A stretch of DNA of 64,000 nt from contig NW_019028981.1 in NCBI RefSeq assembly GCF_002105155.1, forward strand, positions 1,488,001 to 1,552,000, read 5' to 3'. A program made the position numbers and the translations under genes. Below the pieces are notes generated by a model that worked only from the letters and a program-made list of their open reading frames with translations, searched no databases and was not told the origin of the DNA. How positions within the stretch are numbered: position 1 is the stretch's first letter; each line of letters opens with the position of its first letter. Origin of the DNA: Lobosporangium transversale (Eukaryota). Positions 27,953 through 38,400 of this stretch are shown piece by piece.

Positions 27953-28778
27953 GTAACCACCTGTTTCAAATCAGTTCCTACAGACCGAGTCAAATCTACC
28001 CATGTATTCACCACAGGAGCACAAAGATATAACTTTGTGTAGAGAATCCTCATGCATATTCTGCAGTCGATTGCTCTCTATTAAAGCTCTCTATTTTTAT
28101 TGTTCGATGAGCTTTTCTTGCCAGAGAACAATGGAGTGAAAAAAAAAAAAAAAAAAAAAAAAAAACAGACTTCCTTACGTCCCCCCTCGGTATGTGTATC
28201 TGTCTGAACACGTCCCAACTGACATCCTCTCGACAATCCTTCCAAGACTGCAGTGCTTGAATGTGTACAGGGAACAAAAGAGGTCTAGATACAGGCTCTC
28301 TTTGTGACATTGAAGGAGATCGCATGTTTCATGGCTATCGAGACAAGGTACTCCTACAGGCACAAGACAAAGGTATAACTCGGTTCAAACTCAAAGGAAC
28401 GATTTTACCAATGGCCTTGTTTTGAATCCACTTGCCTATGACACAGTCCAGACGAAGAGACAGCAGCAGTTTGACGTAGATGAAGAAGATCTTAGCCAGG
28501 AATGGAAAATTTCTCAAGGATTCCTTAACACGGCGTGTTTTAAAGGCAGCCGGTGAAGGCCTGATAGATGAAGACTACGCAAACATAAGCTGGAAGAGGG
28601 GCCCCAAACTTCTTGAAAACGTTGGACTCATATTCCATGAGCCAGGGCGATGCTCATCTGCAAATACCACAACTACCGTCTAATGCGATCCTGGTATTGT
28701 TAATGCCCTTACGTTTTCTTCACTAGACCATCAAAACCCTGACCTGCGTCAAACGGTGAAGGTGAGAAGTAGGCTCGT
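27953..28778 (+). pseudogene. Decayed internal fragment (B') of the PIN-Fanzor gene family B
   Basis: Nucleotide similarity to the reverse complement of about 32960-32135, e.g. GGTATGTGTATCTGTCTGAACACG, GATGAAGACTACGCAAACATAA and GATCCTGGTATTGTTAA. Multiple frameshifts and stops; 5' limit approximate. Confidence 0.85.
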
Positions 28779-29131
28779 CAACAGCCTGTGTGGCTTATAT
28801 GCGTTGCACCAATGCTCACTGACAGGTTGAGTCCAAACTCGAGATACCAAAATAGCCTTCGTTGAATCCATGGGGAGGAAAGACACCAAGCCGGCAACAA
28901 CAATAGGATATGATCATTTGCATATTTCACAGTACACGTGTTACATGAAAATTTATAATACAGACATACTAACAGCTCTTTGTCCCATGGTGTGGTACCC
29001 GAGACAAACTTGTAGTTTTATTTTGATACAAATTTGGATAAATGCCCCATGGATGTGATGTGTGAACCCACATCCTATTCTCACTTACTTCTGCTCCCTG
29101 GTTACTGCTTGTCTGTCTAAAATTTTTCATG

Positions 29132-29269
29132 ATCTACTACAAACATGACTAGGTCCGGAAAGGCTTTCGTCTTAAAAAAGTTGTAAGTATTAGCTTGACA
29201 GTGCTTTCTTGATTGATCTATTTATTTCTATGCTTGGTCTAGATGGTGTTTTTTGATGGGGAGGACTAT
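29132..29269 (+). repeat. Solo diverged copy of the family A 3' terminal region
   Basis: ATCTACTACAAACATGACTAGGTCC...CGTCTTAAAAAA.TTGTAAGTATT...AGATGG...GGACTAT aligns to 38476-38656 and stops at essentially the same end. Confidence 0.85.
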
Positions 29270-30595
29270 TTAGACAACATATAGACCCCACATATCTTAA
29301 TCTATAATGAATTGGTTTGGTGGTATTGTTTTAAAAAATAGGTATATCTTCGCTTAAGGGACAGAAAGATAGACACAAGCAGGAAAAGGCAGGACAAAGG
29401 GTGTCAACAAGATTAACAAGAGAAAATAGAGTCAAATAACCTTGACTACAAACAGCACCATAGAATGTCAAAAGATGGGAGCTTTATAGGTGAGCTCACA
29501 AACTGAGTTACCGGAAGACAAATGCTTGTTGTGAAAAGGGGAAAAAGATAAATGGCAAAATGAACTGCAGGTGAAGAATAAGACATATGGGGAAAACTGA
29601 AGACTTTATTAAGAAGGAAGTTTCTTTGGCTTTTATACTCGGTAGTTTCTAGGTGAGGCGGACTCGCCTATGACTACAAAGGCTTTGGCAAAAATTCCTG
29701 TAAGCTGGTTCGACAGATTAGTGGATACAAAATAAACTGAAAATAATTTTAATGACCAGCCACACCACTTGCAATAACAAGCGAGTCAATTGGCCGCCAA
29801 TACATTTAAGAGTATTCAAAAAATATAAGGGATCGCGATCAAATGGAACGGGCTAAACAATAGAGCACAGAGAACTGAATGTGACCCGCCCGTGACTTGA
29901 TGAAAGCTAAATGGACAAATTTGCCCGTTTTACAGCCCAAGGAATAAATGAGGCGATTAAATCCAAAGAAGTACCAAAGCCTTGGCCCTTGTACCACTGG
30001 CTCGTGTTCTTTTTTTGAATGCATAGATGGATTGGACTCATGAACAATTTAGAAGAAGTCCATCGATTATATCATATATTAACACTGCTACTAAAAAAGA
30101 AAGGACAACTTTTAAGTATTTTGTATTGTATTGTCCTTTATTTGTCTGTAGTTGGAAGTGACCTGCTTCACAAACCACCAAAAGATCAAGATATCTTCCT
30201 ATTCAGTCAGTCCCTAACTTTCCAACAATAATACAGCACAAAGTAGGCTGCGTCATTTTTGTACGGATTTTTAATTCAGGGAAGCACAAGTATTCGGCCA
30301 CATTGTTAATTGTGCAAATGGACCACAAAAGCATGCCAAGTGTTGATAAAAAGAGGATAGTGGTGCTTCGTACGCACCATTGTGACCGGTAGTGGACCCA
30401 GTATTAGTTGCACTTGTAAGGTAAAAAGGGCTTTGAGTCTTGCTGGTGTTCATTCTAGGGTTGGAAGAGACAAAGCATTGCTAATTGTATATATTTGTTC
30501 ACAATAGCACTGTTCTTTTATTGGCTAGCTTAATGGACAGTCCTAAATAAGAAGGAAATGGGTTGGCACAGAATAACGTGGATAGTGTGTATTGC

Positions 30596-30802
30596 TTAAC
30601 AATCGGCTCCACAACAGCATTGGCCCCAGTCGCAATCGCCATCGTAGGCGTATTTGGGACTACGAGTAGTGCAAGCGTTCCAGCAATCTTTATCGTTTAT
30701 GCACAATCCGCTTGTGATGGTGCATCTTCTACAAACGAAAGCATTGGCTACTGCAATGAAGCTGAAGAAGATCAAAGCAAAAGAAAAGCTTTGGATTTTC
30801 AT
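30596..30802 (-). CDS. Secreted 10-cysteine defensin-like peptide, copy 2
   Basis: MKIQSFSFALIFFSFIAVANA signal peptide; same Cys framework as 22247-22462, including CxxxC and GDC...CCC. Confidence 0.8.
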   Translation of the reverse strand: MKIQSFSFALIFFSFIAVANAFVCRRCTITSGLCINDKDCWNACTTRSPKYAYDGDCDWGQCCCGADC

Positions 30803-31131
30803 GATATTGATGACTAGCTAGGTTGCTTGGAGTCTCAGAGGTTCCGAAGTTTCTGTCAAAAGTTGTTGCGGCTCTTGTGAAAGTTTTTGTTGCGATGACT
30901 GTGTGCAAAGACTCTTATGAGGCCTTTCGTGGGTATTGTATCAGGTCAAAAGTCTTGAAGGAGGCTCGTTGAGTGGTAATATAGCGCACGATAAGTGGTC
31001 AAAGGTTTGACTTATTTATATATTCATGAAGTAAATCCTATACCTTAGGCAAAGTCGGTCCACCTATACGTCTACGTTATGCTATAATAAGCTTAAAAAG
31101 GAGGTTGGAATGAATGAGGAAAGGATAGCTG

Positions 31132-31169
31132 ACCTTTTTCAGGAGCACCTTTTTCAGGAGTACCTTTTC
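31132..31169. repeat. 15-bp tandem repeat (ACCTTTTTCAGGAGY) x2.5 at the junction of the defensin-like promoter and the 3' side of gene B
   Basis: Read directly; similarity to the paralogous promoter (about 22800-22813) ends here. Confidence 0.85.
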
Positions 31170-31401
31170 CATTTGAAGTCTGGCAAGCATAAAGATTTGT
31201 TGTGGTAACAAAGGGGATCTAGAAGTGATATTAAGGAGAAATAGGGAGGATTTGGTGGTATCTGTTGATCTGTACGGTTTTTAAAGTTAGTCCAGAAATT
31301 CGGGGGCAAAAGATTAGAGAGGATGGATACAGGAGACGAAAATAAACAGAACTTACAAATTTTTTGTAGGTGTGCCGGCACCCAAATACTTGTGTCTAGC
31401 G

Positions 31402-34400
31402 TCATGCGCGCTTTGCAGCCGGAGCAGGCGACTCTTCCGTGGGCTTGTACTTTGCAGGTCTCTCTTGTCTCTCAATTTGAGCAAGACCGGTTCTTGCGAT
31501 GTTTTCCGCCCCTACTGCGTCACAGTCGAGGAATACCTTACATGTCCTGCAATATTTAGAGCGAGGGTACACCGTCTCTAAAAAGCTATCGCAGAGGGGT
31601 CGGGGACAGCAGGCGCTGGTGTAAAATTCGTGCGCTCCTACAGCGAAGTGTCCTCGTGCTTTGACCTAAGCGTTTCAAATGGCAGTCGTTTATTAGCAAG
31701 GGTTTTATGGCTTTCCAGCTTTGCTTACTTTTTTAAAAACAGCCATACCTGTGTGACAAGATGTCTCGTTATAGCAGTGTGCTTGCTGGGAACTCCTTTA
31801 CTACTTTCAAAGGACCCTAGGCCGACGAGTACTCCTTTATCCCCAAGCATCTTCAACACTCACTGTACCGCGTAGTCGAACGTAGCTCGTTGAGCCTTTC
31901 GTAGGTCCCATTTTTTTTTCAGGTGCCATCTGGACTCGTAGAACTCTTGAAGCACATCCAAATTCGTTGATCCTGTCTGTGTCTGAGACTCCTCGTTCAT
32001 CCATTGAAAGTACTCATTGTACGTATCCCTTCCAAACACAGGGATGGCGCTCTCAACCTCAATCATTCCTTTTTCACGCTTCCTTTTGTTCAACAGGTGA
32101 TTGAAGCGGAGGACGGGGAGGTACAAGAACCTGCTTCTCACCTTTACCGTTTGCCGCAAGTTAGGGTTGTGAGGGTCCAGCGCGGAAAACGTAAGGGCGT
32201 TAACAATACCAGGATCACATCCGACGATAGTTGTGGTGTTTGCGGATGGGCATCGCCCTGGTTCGTTGAATGTGAGCTCAACGTTTTCAAGCAGCTTGGA
32301 GCTCCTCTTCCAGTTTATGTTTGCGTAGTCTTCATCTGTTAGGTCTTCACCGGCCGCCTTTGAACACGTCGTGTTGAGAAATCCCTGAGAAAGCTCCAGT
32401 TCTTGGCTGGGGTCTTCTTCGTCTGGGTTGTGTCATAGGCAAGTAGATTCAGAACTAGACCGTTGGTAGAAATCGTTCCTTTGAGTTTGAACCGAGTTAG
32501 ATCTTTGTCCTGTGACTGCAGGGATACTTTGTCTTGATATCCACGAACCATGCGATCACCTCCAATGTCACAAAAGAGAGCCTGTATCAAAACCCCTTTT
32601 GTTCCCTGTACACACTCATACATTGCAGTCTTGGAAGCATTATTGAGAGGCAGAATACGCTCCAGCAGCTGCTTGGTATCTTCGTTCGCCCAGAGGATGT
32701 CAACTAGGGCGTGTTCAGACAGATACACATACCCGAGTGACCAGGGGGACGTAGGAAAGTCTGAGTATTTTTTCACTTTTTTGTTCTCCCGCAAAAAAAA
32801 CTCAATGTCGCTCATATCTTCGTTTGTTTTCTCGACATCAAACTAAAAAAAAAAAAAAAAAAAAAAAAAGGTGTGAATAAAGAGCATTTGATTGCAGAAT
32901 ATGCATGAAAATACCCCTACACAAGCTATACCATTGCGTTCCTGTAGTGCTGCCTTAATGATGTCTGTACTTGGCCCATTAGTAAGTCTGACGCTCTTGG
33001 AAATGTGATCTTTTTGGGATCAAAGCCTTGGACGTCCCCCAATGTGATGTCTATATCCTTTATTGGGGAAAGTTCAGTGGTGGCCTTGAAATGTTCATAA
33101 GCGAGGTGATGATGGGGCGTTTCTACCGCCTTTCCTTGTTTTTTTGCCCTCGCGTAAGCTGAATTGGGTCCACCTTGACCACTCAAAAGAAGGGTGGCGA
33201 GACGGAAGGAATAATCATTGCTATCCAAGACCTCGTCCAGTGCCTTTTTCCTCGACTTTGCTGCCCCTGGTAACCGCATGATCCTCTCAATGTCCAAGGC
33301 AATCGCCCAGTATGCATAGCGGCGTAGTCGGTTGAGGACAACAACTGCCCCTCGGATCTGGCTTGCAATACTATCCCTTTCATCTGCGTCCAGTCCGCCT
33401 TTCCTTGCCATGGAGGCCTTAAGGGACCCAATTGTTAAGGCCTTGATAGGGTGCTTACTGCTGTAGCTGTGATCAACCTTCGTAGCATCCTTCAAGTTCC
33501 TAATTGGTGCACCTTCTTTTTTAGCCCTGTGGGGCTTCTTGCCTTTGTGCTTCCGCTTTTGTTTTTTCTGTTGCTCCTTTTTTGCCTTTCTCCGACGTGG
33601 TGGATGCTTAAGGCCCGGCCTATCGTGCTGACGGCAGTTACTGATATCAACTGTGCGCCCATTCAATATGCTCGCCTTGTCAGAAAAGATGGGCCGGAAC
33701 TGGTTCTTATGTGACCCTTCCGCTATATAGAATGATGGTACGCCTCTACATTATTCAAGAAAGGGACTAACGATTAGTATTGGGGACGTCTGGTTTCAAG
33801 GCCAAAAACTATAGCTTGAGCTTTCTTACGTTCTGCGGCGCTGCGCTCGCCTTTGCTGAGCCATTCTATGGCGAAGATCCTTTCCATTGAGTAGACGCTG
33901 CTTGAAGTTATCGAACTCATTGTTCGATGGTAACGCTTGGGCCGACGTTTGATGGCCGGAAGTAAAAATGCGGAGAGCTACACTGAAACGGCCTTCCTCA
34001 GAGGCTACGTTCCTTCCCAACACCTTACTAGCTTCCCTTAGGCAGCCCTGAAGCATTTTATTATAGTTCTCGTTCCACTCAACCTTTCGAATTAATCGAA
34101 GATTAGTAATCGGGCCTGACGTCTCGAGGTTCCTTGAGTAGTCATTGCCTGCGATGGCACAGAATAACACCAGATGCGCGTGTGTTGGCAGTCTTAGTGC
34201 TTGGATAACGTTGTCTACGTCGTAAACCCCAAACTTCCGTCTACGGTGCGGAAGGGGTCGCACTAGGAAGCAGACTCGTTCGTACGCAAAAAAATCAGAG
34301 TCTTGGGATATCACGATCCTATCATTCTCCTCATCATGGCATCCTATGCATGGGTCCGCTTCATATGCACACAGACAGACATCGAAGACAGAACTAAGAC

Positions 34401-34866
34401 CTGTTGCCAGCTGATCCTTGTCCTGGACGCTCAGGGTGTGGACTTCTCGAAGACCCTTCTGGATGCGCCTCACGACTTGAGGACGAGTCCATACCCCACT
34501 CCGAGAATTTCTCTCGAAGGTGCTCATATTGTTCTCCAAAGCGTCCATATTTTTTTGTCTTATGGCTTGCCGTTCTGTCCTTGCTTTTTCTTTCTCAGTA
34601 CAAGGTTCCCCATCAATATGTATAGTCAGGTTGTCCGTTGTGAGAAGATCCTTTATCTCGAGTGCCAGGGACCTTCCTACATCAATGATGGTTTCGTTTT
34701 TCATCTTTGCATGGACGACTCTGCGGAGGATGTCGTAATAGAACGTACCGAGGAGATCTAAATGAACAGAATGGTCAGGATTTGCCGCCAAGAAAGTGCC
34801 CACGCCAGTTTCCGAAGGTAAAACCCCGCGACCCGCAACCAGTTTGAAGAAGGACTTCAGCCCCAT
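31402..34866 (-). pseudogene. FEN1/XPG-like PIN nuclease fused to Fanzor-type RuvC (family B), 4 coding exons, about 1078 aa when repaired
   Basis: Exons 34866-33830, 33745-32932, 32842-31749 and 31665-31402 join in frame through GT-AG introns. PIN motifs: MGLKSF, VHLD, IDG..K..R, YEAD, SQDSD, GNDY. RuvC motifs: VGCDPG, LVGLG, AHEFYTS, CPRPLC/CRTC, DCDAVGAENI. Lesions: 28-nt deletion near 32415 and TGA at 31862-31860. Confidence 0.88.
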
Positions 34867-35126
34867 GGTCAATATCTAAGCGAAAAGAGAAAGAAAAAAA
34901 GGAAAAATGGTGGTGATGAAAAGAAATGAAAAAGAAAAAAAAAAGAGCGACAAAAGTATAAAAGGATGAGCTTTTTTATGGTGTAAAGATTCAAAGCGAA
35001 TAGATAAAGAATATTGAGGGAAAGATACAGGAACAAGTGGCAGTGGTAAAAGGGATGGAACTTTGAAGGAGGAAGACAATGATCCCTTTTTATATCCTGG
35101 ATTGATGATGAGTTTTATCATTGTCT

Positions 35127-35356
35127 CATATAGTTTTGATATCGATCCTTTGCTTCACAGGCCACATCAATCTTTATTCAGTTCCTTTGTTTGGATTGGG
35201 GTTTTGTCCCAGTCAATAGCAGAGATTGACAAATAAATACAAGCTCTCGCATGAACGGCAGATTGGAAACAATAGCATTAAGATACCAAAGTGAGCATTC
35301 GAAAAAATCATCTCCATATACAGCATATAGTGTCGATGTCGATCCTTTGTTACACA
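35127..35356. repeat. Imperfect 33-bp direct repeat pair upstream of gene B (35127-35159 and 35324-35356)
   Basis: CATATAGTTTTGATATCGATCCTTTGCTTCACA vs CATATAGTGTCGATGTCGATCCTTTGTTACACA, 28/33 identical by hand count. Confidence 0.8.
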
Positions 35357-35488
35357 ATTTTTTTTTTTTTTTTTTTTCAGTTTCTTTTGTTTGCACTGGC
35401 TCTCGTTTTGTGCTTTGTGAGGAATTTAATGAATAAAAGAATATTTATAATTTTGAACAGGGGTAATAAATGCACTGACAGATATTAT

Positions 35489-38400
35489 ATCCTTGTCAAA
35501 GGTAACAACAAAAGAAAAAAAAAGTCTTTCTTATCAGAGAATGGCTTCATATGATGCTCTTTGCTCCAACAGCTCCAGCACTTTTGCGTTAAAGCAGAGA
35601 TATTCGTTAGCTCTCGGGTTCCGGCATCAATGGTGGAGATAGGGGTGATGTAGTTGCATGCGCTTATTGCTTGTAGTAAGAACTATCTAAGTACCTTTCC
35701 TTACTAGACGACGCCCTGTTAATGGTGATATTGTGCAGCGCCTTGTGGAAGGAGGGAGAGCAGAAGCGAGATTAATACCGACGCGTTTGATCCTCTCCTA
35801 GGAGTATTTTTGATTATGGAGTGATCGCCAAAATAAAGTTTGTTCATTTCTTCTGCTTTATGCATGTACAGAAACAAAAGTTATTCGTGCACACAGTGGT
35901 TGACGAACAAAAAAGGAAAAAGATTTGCCAAATATTTTCGGAACAAAGCCCGCGATGAAAGAAGGCATGTGCAGACAACAAATAAACACAGCAACTGTTT
36001 GCTCGCATACATTTTTTTCACCGTTGTGTCTGTATCTCTTCTAAGCTTTCTGTCTGGCCGTTTGACACAAGGAACCCTCAGAAAAAGAAATACCTTGCAT
36101 GATTGATGCCAGGTCTGAAAACAACAATAATGCAATGCTGTACGTGGAAGATAGGGTCTAGAAACTATACCATTGATCACAACTGCTACTCACGCTCTCT
36201 TGCCAAGGACTTGAACAGGCATACCAACCCCTTCTTCCTTGCTCTCATAACCGCTCACATCCATTCGATGCATTCTTTCGCCGTTTATGTCCACTACATC
36301 TGAACCACACACAGTTCACCACTCACTCCAACAGAGATATTTGTATCACCTTGGGTATGATATGTTGCTGTGGTTCCCTCTGGGTTCAACAGGCCCAACA
36401 AACTCTATTAGCAGTGTTTATCAACCCAAATACATCAAGGGAACGCAAGAAGACGAGTAAGCAAATGATGCGACAAATCAAGTCTCGTCGAGCTGTACAG
36501 AAAAGATCAAGTTAGTCAGGCTGTAGAACGAATCAACTCAGATTGCCTCAATCATATGACGAATATTATCATCACTATATCACATCAATCAATCAATAAA
36601 CGATACAATGAGGCCCCCCAAGCGGACAATGGAGCCATGCGAAAGTCTTCATGAGTATTATGGTCTAACCCAACAGTTCGAGAGGAAATAGTCCAATTGT
36701 TGGGACTAAACATGAGTACCAAGGGGGCTGCAGAGGACAAGATCCTTAACCACAAGGGGATATTGTTGCAGGAGCTGTTTTCCTTGAAAGGATGCAAGGA
36801 CGTTGGACTGCAATCTGATGATGGTCCTAGAAGGAAACTACGGACATCGTTCTTTACAAACGGCCTTACCCTAACACTTCTTGCCTATGACACATCGAAG
36901 CAAAAAAGAGGTAGAGGTTCGCAAGCTGCCCAACCTTCGGATACTCAAAGATCTTAAGCAGTCCAGGCTTCTTCAAGTGCTCAGCAGGGATCCTCGTCTT
37001 CAGGCCATGGTGCAGGTGATGGTGGTGATGATGGAGACGACGACGGAAATGAAGATGACGATATCTTGCTAGGTATCAGCGATATTGACTTGCTGGAAGT
37101 TGATGAACCATTCTTAGATGGCGACGAGGGAGAAAAAGCAGCTGAAGAAGGTACATCGAGCACAAATCCACTGTTCCCGGTGAGTCCCAGTCCCCGGCGT
37201 GAGATCAACTGGAAGCAGAGATCCCGTCTCCTCGAGAATGTAGAAGTTAAATATGACACCCAGGCAGCATGCCCTCCCCCCGAAAGTACCATTATCATTG
37301 GGACCGATCCAGGCGAGAGGTACTCGATGAAAATTGCAAAGTTGGATCCAAGGAAACCTAACGAACGTGAGATCCTCCGGATTTCTAGAGCGTGCCTTTA
37401 CAAACCATCCAAGAAGTTTCAGGGCGAGCTAGAGAGGCGAAAGCTTAGAAAAGGAATTACAGAGATTGAAAGCAATATTCCGTCATTCTCAAGGCCTACT
37501 TTAACACAGTATTTCGCTTATATGAGCTTGCTGCCAAATCAAGCTCCATCAAGTACTGGAGGTAGTTTCTCTGGTAGTGGAGCTGGGACCTGTAGTAGCA
37601 GTGGAGCTGGGGCCAGTAGTAGCAGTGGAACAGGGACCGGTAGTAACAGTGGAGTTGAGGTGAGTAGTAGCAATGGATCTGGGACCAGTGGCGACAATAG
37701 GAAGACTATATATAGGGCGCTTGTCGATTTCTATAATGATGGATGGTTTGTTCGGAATAGCTGGGATAATAGAAAAGCACAGAACGGATGCGTTGATTAT
37801 GTGATCAAGGCAATTCTGAAGCTTGCGGGCGGAAGCAATGGAAGAAGAAGAGATGCCAATACGAATGCAATGATCTGTATTGGACTAGGATCATTCAAGA
37901 CAAACCGAGGACAAGTATCGAAGCATGGGATATTGATGAAGAAGCTTGTTGAAAAGGTAAAAAAAAATCCTTTGATCAATGACATTTAATTTTTGAGTCT
38001 TTTTTTTAACGAGTATTAAATCTGGCTCGAACAGGCAAAATCTCTAGACTACCCCATTGCAGGTTGTCATGAATACTACACATCTGCCAAGTGTCCACGG
38101 CCTCACTGCGACAGTATATTGGAGAATGTTCCTTTTCGATCCAAGTACTGTCGAAATTGTAAAGCATACTTTGATCGAGATGCTGTTGGTGCTGAGAACA
38201 TCGCAAGGGTCTGTGAGTCGCAGATAAGAGAGCAAAAACGACCTGCAAAATATATGCCGCCGGACGGAGGAACTGAAGGCCAAGCTTCTAGCGGTAGTGG
38301 CGACGGTGGAGGTAGTGGTGGCAGTGGTGGCAGTGGTGGTGGTAGTAGCAGACCCACAAAAAGGAAATTTTCAGATGAAGGAGGAGGAGGAGTAGAGGGA

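Noticed and set aside
33826..34872. Stand-alone housekeeping FEN1/EXO1/XPG gene
   Set aside because: The stop codon overlaps a GTAAGA donor that splices in frame into the Fanzor-containing exons, and the sequence is too divergent from canonical FEN1/EXO1.
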